From: a virus
Taxonomy: Duplodnaviria; Caudoviricetes
Direction: 5' to 3' (one strand)
Length of the DNA: 64,000 bases
IMG/VR virus record: IMGVR_UViG_3300013936_000011
Coordinates: 64,001 to 128,000 of that record
Part shown: positions 21,190 through 31,227 of the stretch, one piece after another
Position numbering within the stretch: position 1 is the first letter of the stretch
Layout: each line of letters starts with the position of its first letter
The notes under the pieces: generated by a model
The model's input: only the letters and a program-made list of their open reading frames with translations
Database searches by the model: none
What the model was told of the DNA's origin: nothing
Position numbers and translations under genes: made by a program

Positions 21190-22896
21190 ATGCTTACTAA
21201 AACTCAAACAATGAATGCTATTCAAAAATCGTTAATAGCATATAAAACGAATGTGTTAGATAATTTATATACTAATCAAAATGCATTCTCTAATGTAAAG
21301 GTTGGCAATACTACTATTGCTGCTGATTCAGCTACTGATACATTAACATTAACTGCTGGAAATAATATAACTTTGACTCCTAATGCAACTGATGATAGTG
21401 TTTCTATAGCTGCTAAGGATACTACTTATACAACTAGTTCTCCTATATCACTATCTGGAACTACTATCTCTCACGCTACATCTGGAGCATCAGCTGGTAG
21501 TTATGGAGATAGTACTAATCAAACTCCTGCTTATGGAGCAACATTTAAAGTGCCATATTTAACAATAAATAATACTGGACATGTAACAGGTATATCTGAA
21601 CATACAGTAAAAATACCTGCTTCAAATAATACAGATACTAAAATGAATGTAACTCTTAACACTACTACTAAGGCTTATCTTGTAGGTGTTTCTACAACTC
21701 CTACTACAACAGCTAAAGCTTTAACTGGTATAGCAGATACAGGCGTTTATCTTGATACTACTGCTGGTAGTTTAACAGCAACTACTTTCAATGGAGCTCT
21801 TAGCGGTAATGCTACTAGTGCAGATAAAGTTAATAATCAATTAAATATTGTATTAAAAGCAATACAAGGAGGAGCAAGAACATCATATGATGGATCTTCT
21901 GTTCAAACAGTTCTTATAAATCCATCAAGTATAGGCGCAGCATTTGAAAGTCATACACATAGCCAATATGTAAACCCAAATTCATATGGCTATATATTTA
22001 TAGGTGATGATGAAAACATTAGTGCTACTGGCACAGATGATGTAATAGCTTTTAAACCTGGAGATGGTATAAATATCAGTTTTGGGACTTCAGATGTTGC
22101 AACATCTTCAGTATTAATTGCTAATGCTGGTGTTAGAAGTATATCTTCAGGTAGTACTAATGGTACTATATCAGTTAATACAGGCGGTACAACAGCAGAT
22201 GTAGCAGTAAAAGGATTAGGAACTGCAGCATATACAGCATCAACAGCTTATGCATCTTCAAGCCATACACATAAATATGCAGGTTCATCATCAGCAGGTG
22301 GTACTGCAACAGAAGCTGCTAAGACAACTGGTACACTTACTATACAAGGTAATGGTATAAGTATTAATACATTTAATGGTTCTGCAAATAAAACAGTAAA
22401 TATTACACCAGCTAATATAGGTGCTGCTACTAGCAGTCATACCCATAGTGGATATGCATCTTCTACTCATGCTCATGGACTACTTAACAGTGATTTTACG
22501 AAAGAAGTAAATGGTTCTACTGGAGGATGGGAATTAATAAATAGCACTAATACTGGTTATTTATTAACATCACTAAGAGGTGGTAATTCTGTTCCAGATT
22601 GGTTTAACTCACCATATGGTTCAGGTATCATATTTGGTGGTTCTGATACAAAGGGTGTATTGTCAATGTCTTATACTTCACCTTCAATAACATTTGCAGG
22701 CGGTGCATCATCTCCTTCTTGGAATTTAAAAATAACTGGTTCAAACAATAAAACATATAATCTTAATGATTATGCAACAAACGATGTAATCTTAACTCTA
22801 CAAGGTTATGTAAGCACTTTACAAAGCGATGTAAGTACTTTAAAAACTCAAATGGGAGATGTAGAAAGTATATTACAAGAAATTAACGGAGAATAG
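21190..22896 (+). CDS. Tail fibre protein 2 (MLTKxQT family)
   Basis: Same N-terminus as fibre 1, NQNAFSNVKVG..TLTLTAG.N.TLTP module, SHTHS/HAH metal-type fibre motifs, C-terminal coiled coil; SD AAAGGAG. Confidence 0.85.
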   Translation: MLTKTQTMNAIQKSLIAYKTNVLDNLYTNQNAFSNVKVGNTTIAADSATDTLTLTAGNNITLTPNATDDSVSIAAKDTTYTTSSPISLSGTTISHATSGASAGSYGDSTNQTPAYGATFKVPYLTINNTGHVTGISEHTVKIPASNNTDTKMNVTLNTTTKAYLVGVSTTPTTTAKALTGIADTGVYLDTTAGSLTATTFNGALSGNATSADKVNNQLNIVLKAIQGGARTSYDGSSVQTVLINPSSIGAAFESHTHSQYVNPNSYGYIFIGDDENISATGTDDVIAFKPGDGINISFGTSDVATSSVLIANAGVRSISSGSTNGTISVNTGGTTADVAVKGLGTAAYTASTAYASSSHTHKYAGSSSAGGTATEAAKTTGTLTIQGNGISINTFNGSANKTVNITPANIGAATSSHTHSGYASSTHAHGLLNSDFTKEVNGSTGGWELINSTNTGYLLTSLRGGNSVPDWFNSPYGSGIIFGGSDTKGVLSMSYTSPSITFAGGASSPSWNLKITGSNNKTYNLNDYATNDVILTLQGYVSTLQSDVSTLKTQMGDVESILQEINGE

Positions 22897-22910
22897 GAAA
22901 GGGTGATAAA

Positions 22911-24056
22911 ATGGCAATATCAGATGAATTAGATTTAACGTTACAAACAAAAGAAGGTCTTAAAGGAGTTATAGAAGATAACGGTCAGACTGCTCCTACC
23001 AAGTTCTCGCAATATCCTGCAGTACTTGATAATATAATAGATAATATGAGAAGCCAATTAAAAATAGCGGATTTTATAATTATCAATGATGATACAACTC
23101 TAGCATCATTAAATAGTTTCTTTGAATTTTTACCTTCTGTTCCAGCAGGTTCTACAACTACTACACAAGCTACGGCTGAAGTAACAACATCAAACTTAAA
23201 CGTAAGAGCTTCTGGTTCTTCTAGTGGTAGTTATGTAGGACTATTGGTTAAAGGAGATGTTGTTAATGTATATGGCACAGCATCTTCAGGATGGTATAAA
23301 ATAAATCAATGGCGTAGTAGCTCTACTGGTGCATTAACAAATCATGGAAGTAGTTATGCTTATATATCTAACAGTTCATCTTATGTAACATATTATCCTT
23401 CTACTACAATATCTAATAAGAAACAAATAGATATAAGTAGTACAGATGGTACTTCTGTACAACAAAAATGTAATTACGTATTAGCTGAAACTAAAGGCTG
23501 GGAAGTATTATTTGACGAAACTTATAAACCAGGAACAGGTTCTTCTGGAGCTTCAACTACAACAGAAAGAACTACTGATTATTCATTTAATAACTGCTAT
23601 ACAGATAACTATTCTTCAAGCAGTTATGGTAGTAAAGTTGCTACAAATACTTCAACAGTAAGACAAGGTTATTATTCTGGATACTATTATTATAAAGGTA
23701 ATTTCAGATTTACAAGTTCTAGACTTTCTGAAATTAAGAGTGTCTTAAATAATTCAACTGTAAAATCTGTTCAAATATATGTACAAAGAGCAAATACTAC
23801 ACATGGTACGTCTGGCTCAGCTACATTAAAACTATATGCATGTAACAGTTCAGGTTCATATTCTGATGTTTTAGTAGATGGCTCAAGTACATTAGCTAGA
23901 GGCGGAGGCAAATGGATAACATTAAGTAGTGATGTAGTTAATGGATTCAAGACTGGTAAATATGATCACTTCAAAGCATATTATCCTTCTACTAGTTTAT
24001 CATATTATATAGTATTTGCATTAAATGCTAAATTGAGAATAACTTATACAGCATAA
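22911..24056 (+). CDS. Fibre-associated protein with SH3b domain and C-terminal beta-sandwich
   Basis: VTTSNLNVRA..S.....VGLLVKGDVVNVYG..SSGWYKI...AYISN...YV is a bacterial SH3 (SH3_3) signature at about 23181-23395; N-terminal KEGLKGVIEDNG...FSQYPAVL phage fibre motif. Confidence 0.75.
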   Translation: MAISDELDLTLQTKEGLKGVIEDNGQTAPTKFSQYPAVLDNIIDNMRSQLKIADFIIINDDTTLASLNSFFEFLPSVPAGSTTTTQATAEVTTSNLNVRASGSSSGSYVGLLVKGDVVNVYGTASSGWYKINQWRSSSTGALTNHGSSYAYISNSSSYVTYYPSTTISNKKQIDISSTDGTSVQQKCNYVLAETKGWEVLFDETYKPGTGSSGASTTTERTTDYSFNNCYTDNYSSSSYGSKVATNTSTVRQGYYSGYYYYKGNFRFTSSRLSEIKSVLNNSTVKSVQIYVQRANTTHGTSGSATLKLYACNSSGSYSDVLVDGSSTLARGGGKWITLSSDVVNGFKTGKYDHFKAYYPSTSLSYYIVFALNAKLRITYTA

Positions 24057-24073
24057 TTTTATAAGTATCATAT

Positions 24074-24106
24074 AAAAGGGTCGATCAACAATCGGCCTTT
24101 TTTATT
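24074..24106 (+). terminator. Intrinsic terminator
   Basis: aaaagggtcgat-caaca-atcggcctttttt hairpin with U tract. Confidence 0.85.
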
Positions 24107-24107
24107 G

Positions 24108-24122
24108 GTAATAATATTATAG
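24108..24122 (+). promoter_or_regulatory. Candidate phage late promoter element GTAATA-N5-ATAG
   Basis: GTAATA ATATT ATAG immediately after the terminator, 36 nt before ATG 24144; the same hexamer recurs in three other long intergenic gaps. Confidence 0.55.
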
Positions 24123-24143
24123 TTAATGAAAGGGTGTGTTATT

Positions 24144-24677
24144 ATGGCCGATATTAATCAAAAAGATTGGGATAAAATAAAGGACGTTATAGTATCACCT
24201 TATTATAATGACGGATATGGTCGTTATGATTTAAGCCTTGAAGAAGTAGCTCGTGGCCTACAAGCTATGGGTTATGATCTAAATGGAGGCGGTGGTAGTA
24301 CTAATCCAGATGAATCTCAAGCAGATACATCTAATTATAAATTAGAATTATTAAGCACTAATGGAACACAGATTACAGACGAAGGCTTTTACACTACATT
24401 ATATGTTAAGTTATATAAAGACAATAAAGATGTTACAGATATAACGAGTGAATCTAATTTTAAATGGACCAGATTTTCTGGTAATTCTGAAACTGATAAA
24501 TTAAAAGATGCTGCATGGAATTTACGTTATGCAGCAGGTGCAAAAGAAATATTAGTTACCAGAGAAGACGTAAACAGAAGAGCATTATTCCAATGTCAAT
24601 ATGTTCAATACGAAGATGAAGTAACATGGGTAAAAAATGCATACTCTACTTACGTTGATTCAATAACAAAAAATTAA
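24144..24677 (+). CDS. Tail-tip Ig-like domain protein
   Basis: LSTNG...TTLYVKLYKDNKDVTD...FKWTRFS...DAAWN...EILVTREDV..RALFQC is a module seen in Bacillota phage minor tail proteins. Start moved to ATG 24144 (SD GAAAGGGTG). Confidence 0.6.
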   Translation: MADINQKDWDKIKDVIVSPYYNDGYGRYDLSLEEVARGLQAMGYDLNGGGGSTNPDESQADTSNYKLELLSTNGTQITDEGFYTTLYVKLYKDNKDVTDITSESNFKWTRFSGNSETDKLKDAAWNLRYAAGAKEILVTREDVNRRALFQCQYVQYEDEVTWVKNAYSTYVDSITKN

Positions 24678-24691
24678 AAGAGGTGATATAA

Positions 24692-26257
24692 ATGGCAAAC
24701 AACAATTATGCAGCTAAAGCTACTGCACAGATTACTATCGTCGATACTACAGATGCGTCTTATCTATCAGGTGGGTTATCAATAGTTAGCGGTAGTAGAA
24801 ATCAAATATATGTTCCTACAGCTACAGGAGATAGTGCATATTCTCCTAACTGGAAATTTAATAATCTTGTTATTAGACCATTTTTAACTGCTTCTAACAT
24901 AAAGAAAGCTGATGGAACAACATATTATAATCCTGATTTATTTTCGCCTGAAGAATATCCTTCATTTACTACTGGTACTTTTACGAATATTATAAGTGAT
25001 ATACATTGGTATCGTAGAGATAATGCAGGAGTAGAAACTGAAATAGTTTCTGGAACAGAAGGTTATAGCTTTAATTGGGATTACAGTATAAATAACGAAA
25101 CTGTTACTATAAATGACAAGAGACAATTAGTTATTAATGAAAATGTATTGTCTCCTAATACTAGTATGGACATTATATGTAAATTCTCTTATAACGATCC
25201 ATATGCTAATATGTCAATTGGACAACAATTTAGTATTAATATTTCAAACATAGCAGCAGGGACTGGTACTTCTAAAGTTCATATAGAAGCTGTTAATGGA
25301 AATACGATATATAACGATAGCCCTGAGTATATACAATTAGAGGCTAGCTTCTATTATAATGGAGATGCTATAGAGTTAGCATCAGAAATAGCAAATGCAG
25401 AAAGTACTACATCTGTTTTATGGTATATAAGAGATATAAAGACAAATACATGTTGGAGATTACTTGATGCAACTCAACAAGATTATATTAACGAAAATTC
25501 TGAAACAGGAAATAAATTATACGAAGTTTGCGAATATGAACAAGTAACAGGTTCAGATAGCACTATCACTACTGAATTATCTCCTGTTAAGAATTCTAAA
25601 GGCGGAACAGTACTTAAAGTGTATCCAGATTTAATAGCTGGTTCTGATGTTATTAAATGCGTAGTTACTTATAACAACGTACAATATAGTGAATTACAAG
25701 TTGTATATGACAATTCAGATCCTATAAGAATGTATATTCAATCAAGTACTGGAGATAAATTAAGTCGTGGTCAAGATAATGATAATACAATACTTAAACC
25801 TGTAATTATATATAAAGGTCAATTATTAGATGATACTAATACAGAAGACCTACAATTACTTAATAGCTTGTTTTCATATTTCTGGTATAAAGATGCTATC
25901 GATGGTTCTGTTACATGGAATGTATGGAATGAATATGACGGAGGTATAGCTACATTAAAAAGTCAAGTAGTGACTAACTCAAATGAAGGATTGACACTTA
26001 TGGAAGGAACTAGAGAATTATATGTTACTGCAGATGATATAGATAAGCAAAATAAATTCACGCTAGACTTGGTTGATAAAGTACAAGTAGCTGCTTCAAA
26101 TAGTAGAACTTATCTTATGACGAATCAATTAACTGAAGATCAAGTAATGACAGCTAGTTTAATAAATGAAAATGCAGGAATAAACGCTAACGATATGGAT
26201 GCTACATTAGCAACTGCATATGAAATACAAGCTTATACTCAAGAAGAAAACAAATAA
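24692..26257 (+). CDS. Minor tail protein with tandem Ig-like domains
   Basis: ATAQITIVDTTD...NQIY.P....YSPNW..NNLVIRP N-terminus and repeated NG/TG-x-x-(F/I/L) Ig-like modules typical of Bacillota siphophage tail-tip proteins; SD GAGGTG. Confidence 0.6.
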   Translation: MANNNYAAKATAQITIVDTTDASYLSGGLSIVSGSRNQIYVPTATGDSAYSPNWKFNNLVIRPFLTASNIKKADGTTYYNPDLFSPEEYPSFTTGTFTNIISDIHWYRRDNAGVETEIVSGTEGYSFNWDYSINNETVTINDKRQLVINENVLSPNTSMDIICKFSYNDPYANMSIGQQFSINISNIAAGTGTSKVHIEAVNGNTIYNDSPEYIQLEASFYYNGDAIELASEIANAESTTSVLWYIRDIKTNTCWRLLDATQQDYINENSETGNKLYEVCEYEQVTGSDSTITTELSPVKNSKGGTVLKVYPDLIAGSDVIKCVVTYNNVQYSELQVVYDNSDPIRMYIQSSTGDKLSRGQDNDNTILKPVIIYKGQLLDDTNTEDLQLLNSLFSYFWYKDAIDGSVTWNVWNEYDGGIATLKSQVVTNSNEGLTLMEGTRELYVTADDIDKQNKFTLDLVDKVQVAASNSRTYLMTNQLTEDQVMTASLINENAGINANDMDATLATAYEIQAYTQEENK

Positions 26258-26274
26258 TATAGCGAGGTGATAAT

Positions 26275-29200
26275 ATGATATCTTATAAAGCACTTACACG
26301 TGCCAGCATCACCTTACAACTTATCGATGATATAGGACTATATGATTCAGAGATATTCTCTAGTAATGGTTTATTATTACAACCTTATGATCGAAGTACA
26401 ACTTTAACTGGAATTATATATAAGAATAATAGAGATATCACTTCTGAGATAAAAGATATTAGATGGACTATGTGGTCTCCCGACGCATCTAATTATGCTA
26501 CAGATGAAGAATGGAACGAAAACCATAAAGGCTCAAATGTAATAGAAGTAACTTCTGATGAAATTGATAGTAAATGCGTTATTCAATTCGAAGCTTATAA
26601 AAAGAATAAGATGAATGAAGATGAACTTATTGCATGTAGCCATATAACATTAGTAGATATTAATGACTTAATAGCCGTAACCGAAAAACCTGATAATCCT
26701 TATGATGGACAATTATGGGTTGATACTTCAACAGATCCTGCTACTATATGGGTTTATAAAAATGGTAAATGGAATAGAGTTGGAACAGTAGACGCAATAG
26801 TTAAGAACTTAATTAGAAACTCTGCTTTTACTACATTTACTAATAAATATTATGATGTAGTCGGTAGCACTGTTTTATCTTATACTCCTTCTGTATTTCA
26901 ACGAGGAAGTTATAACTGGTTAAAGTTACAATCAGATGTAGCTATTGATGCAGAGCGTGGTGTATCATATACAGTATTTGATGAAGATATCAAAACTAAT
27001 TCTGATTATAGTTTTCAGATGTTAGCATATGCTACGTCAGCAACATCTGCTGTAGACAATAGAATAAATGTAAGAATATGTTCTATCGATGAAAGTAATA
27101 CAGAGACTGCTTTATATGAATATAAAGATTTAGAAATAACAACTGATGTATGTAAGTTCTTTACATCTTTTAAAACTCTACCAAATACAAAGACTATTAA
27201 GATATATATAACTGGTCGTAATGGTTCAGTGTACGATTTTAATATTTCACATTTAGCTTTATATAATACTGCTAATGATTATCCATGGCAACCACATCCA
27301 GATGATGCTTCACTTATATTGGATCAAGAAACTGTATTTAATGCATTAACTAATAACGGCACAGTTAAAGGCTTATATTCTATTCGTGACCCTAAAACTG
27401 GACAATTACAAATATACTTTAATGCTAATTATATACAATCAGGTACAATAAAAGGTGATCGTATAGATGCTCGTAACTTAACTGTTATTCGCGATGACGG
27501 CATTAAGACTCTTGAAATAACAGACAAGGGAGAAGTTAATCTTATCGTTAATTCATTTAAGCTTTCTTCTACTGGACAAACAATAGAAGATTTTATACTT
27601 GATTCTATTGATTTAAATGATAGTGGACAACTTAAATATCTGTTAAAGCAAATACAAAAAGAGAGCTCTGAAGCTGATGCTATATATACTGAGTTATATA
27701 ATACAGATGAATTAAAAGATGCTACATATAGCAAAGAGACTGCTACAGATTTAGATTTATCTATGTATACTAATGAAGCTAGTAGCGGACAACAAAGAGC
27801 TCGTAGACGTTCTATTATTACTCCAGGTTCAGATACAGGTGAAGAAAAGCTGCCTTCATTTGTATTAGGACAGTCTAAACTTGGATATGCAGTTCTTGGA
27901 GAAACAGGTTCTGGCAATTTAAAAACTATATTATATAATGTTAAACGTTCATATAATGGCGATACAGATAGATTAATTGCTAAGATAGAAGAGAGAATAG
28001 CAGAGATTGAAAAAGGTGGTAAAGCTAAAACTCAGGCTATTGCTATTTATTCTAACGATGAAATAATAGAAGAATCTACACTAGAAGATTTATACACAGT
28101 CTATATTGATAAATATTCATTATTAAAAAGAGTATTTGTAATATGTCAAGACGCTGTAGGCATAGTTAGATTAACAGTGGTAACTGATAGATGGTCTAAA
28201 CTTGAAGTTGAAACTAACCAAATATTATCTGAAGTTGGAGAAGTTAAAAAGTATTATGCTGGACCAGAGGGCGAAGAACCTACTTTATTAGAAGCGATAG
28301 GCTCAATAGCATCTGAAAAGATAACTCCTGAAGCTATAGTAAATATAGTACAAAACGGAGTAGTTGATGTTGATAAGGATCCACAGAAAGTATCTGAAAT
28401 AATATCTCAAACTGTAATTAATCAAACTGCTAGTGATATAGACATGTCTGCAGAGAATCTAAAGCAAGGATTAAAATCTTCATTTGACTTAAGTATTAAC
28501 GGTATTAAATTAGGCACTAAGGATGCTGATGGAAATACTACGTTAATAGATATGCATGGTGATACTGTACAAATAGCAGCACCTCAAATAGATTTAAGCG
28601 GTTATGTAACATTTAGTAAATTCGGTGATGAGTTTAATAAGAATTTTACTACTAGTTTTGATAAAAGTTTCAATGATAGTTTTGGTAAGAAATTTGATGA
28701 TAGCTTTACAATTAATTTAAATAAAGCATTCAAAGGAGAGTTACCAGATATAACTACTATAAACGGTGGTTTAATTACTACTAATACTATTTTAGGTAAC
28801 GCATTAGTTACTAATACAATAACTACTGATAAATTAGCAGCTGATGTATTGACTGCTAATAATATTAAAACAGGTAATCTACAAGGAACTAATAGTAAAA
28901 GCTATTTCGATCTTGATAATGGTACGTTTAGATTGGCTAATGCTGATAAAACATTCCTTACTTTTGATGGAAGTAAATTAAGCTTTGGAGATGTTGCAGC
29001 TAGTGACTTAGGTATATTAGTAGATGATGTTACAGGAGTTTTACCTTCTTGGGTTAAAGACTGGAATGGTAGAACTGTTGAAATAGATAATGAAAATATA
29101 GTAGGGGTTCGTGCTTTTCTTGGACATAAAGAAGGAACTGAACTAACTGGTATAGGACTAGGTGTTGATTTAGGAACTAATACTGGCGAAGAAGAATTTA

Positions 29201-31227
29201 AGGGCAATGTTGATTCTGGTATCGTAGGTATGAGATTTGGTAAAAAAACATTCGAACTTAAACTTGACGGTACTTTTAAATTTGGTAATGATTCCAGATA
29301 CATATCTTTTGATGACGAAGGATTAAAAGTATCTGCTATCTATGGTGAAGAAATTAAAGCATATAATCTTGATGTATATAAACGTAGTAAAGATACTGAA
29401 GGCAATTATGTATATGATAACAAGAATAAGACTTTTAGTGTAGATGATGAAGGTAACATATCTATAAAGGCTAATAGCTTTAGTTTAACTCCAACGACTG
29501 CAAATCAACAACAATTAATCAATGGTTTAACAAATAGTTCTACAAATAGCGAAACCAATGGTTTATGGATTAATGATGGCAAATTGAATATCAATGCTGA
29601 TAATATAACTACTGGTAAAATGAGTGCTGGACGAGTAAATATAACTGACGGTTCATTCTTGATAGGAACAGAAGATAAACCTGTATTTTGGATTAAGAAT
29701 AATGATGAAGTAATAATCAAACCTAGTCAATTCTTATTAACAGATATAAATGGCAATACAGTTATAGAAGTAAATGAAAATAAGAAAGTAACTATGAATG
29801 CTAGCTATATAAATACTGGTTCTATAAATGGTAAATTTATAGAAGCTGAAACTATCGATGTTTCACATCTTGTAGCTGGTACAGGTGCAACTAATATTAA
29901 CAATATATTGGATCAAGGCGGTATAGCATGGTCTAGTAAATTTGGTAGTGAAACTTCAGCTACTGCAATAACAGATTGTAAATTAGGATACGATGTAGCT
30001 CAAAACATAACAGATAAATATTCTGTAGGAGGTATTGTTAATGCCGATGAGGTAAACGAAACAGCTTATATAGAAATAGATTTAGGAAATACATATAAAA
30101 TATCTTCTTCAACTATTTATTTTGATACTAGTGCTGCTCCTGATAGTGGTGTTACATATTACTATAAAATTAAATATTCATATAACGGAACTGATTGGTA
30201 TTACATTGTTGGTAATGAATATAGTTCATATCAATCTGGATGGGCTACAGGCATTTTACCTAATCAGATAGCTCCATTGACTAATAATTTTAATGCAGAA
30301 TCTGGTGTTGAATATATAAATGCTCGTTATATTAGATTATGCCTTGGCAATCTTGGAACTGATCCTATTAACATGAAAGTAATATCATGGCATTTATATA
30401 GTTCTGGTAGATCTACGATAATAGACAGCTCTGGTATTACTACAGGTGCAATCAAAGCCGAACAAATTGCAGCAAATAGTATTAGTACGGAACATATCGA
30501 TATACTTGATGATTCATTTACTTTTACAGATAATGATGGAAACACTGTATTCGCTATAACAGAAGTTAATGATAATACTACTGTTGAAATAAGACCAGAT
30601 ACGTTTATATTAAAAGACGATAGCGGTAATGTTGGTGTAAGTCTTAAAGATGGTAAACTAGATATTGATGCTAGCAATATTACAACTGGTAAGTTAAAAG
30701 CTGATTATATACAAGGCGGTACTTTAGACACTTCGGTTATAAAATCAGGCTCTATATCTGGAAATCAGATAGATGCTAGAGAATTAAAAGTAATCAGAGA
30801 TGGCGAAAATGGACAAGTAACTACTTTACAAATAACTAATAATGGTGCTATTTATGCCAATTATGAAGACTTTATGTTAGTATCCAGTGATGGAACTAAA
30901 AACGTAGGAGACTATACAGATGCTCTACGCGATGACATAGAAGAATATATTCGATTTAGTGGAGACACTATCACTCTTGGTAAAGAAATTATGGAAGATG
31001 GTACAGCTAATAAGTTTAAAGCTAAATTAAGTTCTACATCACTTGATTTCATGGAAAATGATGTAGCTGTAGCATCTATATCAAACAACAGAATGTTTAT
31101 TACTAATGCACAAGTTAAGAATGTTTTAACTATTGGTAATTCAGCATCTGGAAATAATGTCGGTGGGTTCTTCGATTGGACTCTAAGACAAAATGGACAT
31201 TTATCATTGAAATGGAGGGCTAATTAA
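26275..31227 (+). CDS. Large central-fibre/tail-tip protein (Ig-like, CBM-like, coiled coil, gp58-like beta-helix repeats, discoidin-like domain)
   Basis: KNLIRNSAF CBM-like start, repeated NA..I.(T/S)G.I.A..I motifs, F5/8-type-C-like YIEIDLGNTYKIS...YKIKYS.NGTDW...ARYIRL (about 29980-30405), C-terminal YIRFSG..ITLG...ISNNRMFITNA...NGHLSLKW. Confidence 0.75.
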   Translation: MISYKALTRASITLQLIDDIGLYDSEIFSSNGLLLQPYDRSTTLTGIIYKNNRDITSEIKDIRWTMWSPDASNYATDEEWNENHKGSNVIEVTSDEIDSKCVIQFEAYKKNKMNEDELIACSHITLVDINDLIAVTEKPDNPYDGQLWVDTSTDPATIWVYKNGKWNRVGTVDAIVKNLIRNSAFTTFTNKYYDVVGSTVLSYTPSVFQRGSYNWLKLQSDVAIDAERGVSYTVFDEDIKTNSDYSFQMLAYATSATSAVDNRINVRICSIDESNTETALYEYKDLEITTDVCKFFTSFKTLPNTKTIKIYITGRNGSVYDFNISHLALYNTANDYPWQPHPDDASLILDQETVFNALTNNGTVKGLYSIRDPKTGQLQIYFNANYIQSGTIKGDRIDARNLTVIRDDGIKTLEITDKGEVNLIVNSFKLSSTGQTIEDFILDSIDLNDSGQLKYLLKQIQKESSEADAIYTELYNTDELKDATYSKETATDLDLSMYTNEASSGQQRARRRSIITPGSDTGEEKLPSFVLGQSKLGYAVLGETGSGNLKTILYNVKRSYNGDTDRLIAKIEERIAEIEKGGKAKTQAIAIYSNDEIIEESTLEDLYTVYIDKYSLLKRVFVICQDAVGIVRLTVVTDRWSKLEVETNQILSEVGEVKKYYAGPEGEEPTLLEAIGSIASEKITPEAIVNIVQNGVVDVDKDPQKVSEIISQTVINQTASDIDMSAENLKQGLKSSFDLSINGIKLGTKDADGNTTLIDMHGDTVQIAAPQIDLSGYVTFSKFGDEFNKNFTTSFDKSFNDSFGKKFDDSFTINLNKAFKGELPDITTINGGLITTNTILGNALVTNTITTDKLAADVLTANNIKTGNLQGTNSKSYFDLDNGTFRLANADKTFLTFDGSKLSFGDVAASDLGILVDDVTGVLPSWVKDWNGRTVEIDNENIVGVRAFLGHKEGTELTGIGLGVDLGTNTGEEEFKGNVDSGIVGMRFGKKTFELKLDGTFKFGNDSRYISFDDEGLKVSAIYGEEIKAYNLDVYKRSKDTEGNYVYDNKNKTFSVDDEGNISIKANSFSLTPTTANQQQLINGLTNSSTNSETNGLWINDGKLNINADNITTGKMSAGRVNITDGSFLIGTEDKPVFWIKNNDEVIIKPSQFLLTDINGNTVIEVNENKKVTMNASYINTGSINGKFIEAETIDVSHLVAGTGATNINNILDQGGIAWSSKFGSETSATAITDCKLGYDVAQNITDKYSVGGIVNADEVNETAYIEIDLGNTYKISSSTIYFDTSAAPDSGVTYYYKIKYSYNGTDWYYIVGNEYSSYQSGWATGILPNQIAPLTNNFNAESGVEYINARYIRLCLGNLGTDPINMKVISWHLYSSGRSTIIDSSGITTGAIKAEQIAANSISTEHIDILDDSFTFTDNDGNTVFAITEVNDNTTVEIRPDTFILKDDSGNVGVSLKDGKLDIDASNITTGKLKADYIQGGTLDTSVIKSGSISGNQIDARELKVIRDGENGQVTTLQITNNGAIYANYEDFMLVSSDGTKNVGDYTDALRDDIEEYIRFSGDTITLGKEIMEDGTANKFKAKLSSTSLDFMENDVAVASISNNRMFITNAQVKNVLTIGNSASGNNVGGFFDWTLRQNGHLSLKWRAN
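28621..28707 (+). repeat. F-x-x-x peptide repeat (8 Phe at exact 4-residue spacing)
   Basis: FGDE FNKN FTTS FDKS FNDS FGKK FDDS F; Phe codons at 28621, 28633, ... 28705. Confidence 0.9.

Noticed and set aside
19685-22896. Invertible or shufflon-type fibre switch around the 13-bp inverted repeat at 21099-21138
   Set aside because: The repeat arms enclose only 14 nt and are followed by Ts, fitting a terminator; all genes are co-oriented and no recombinase is present.
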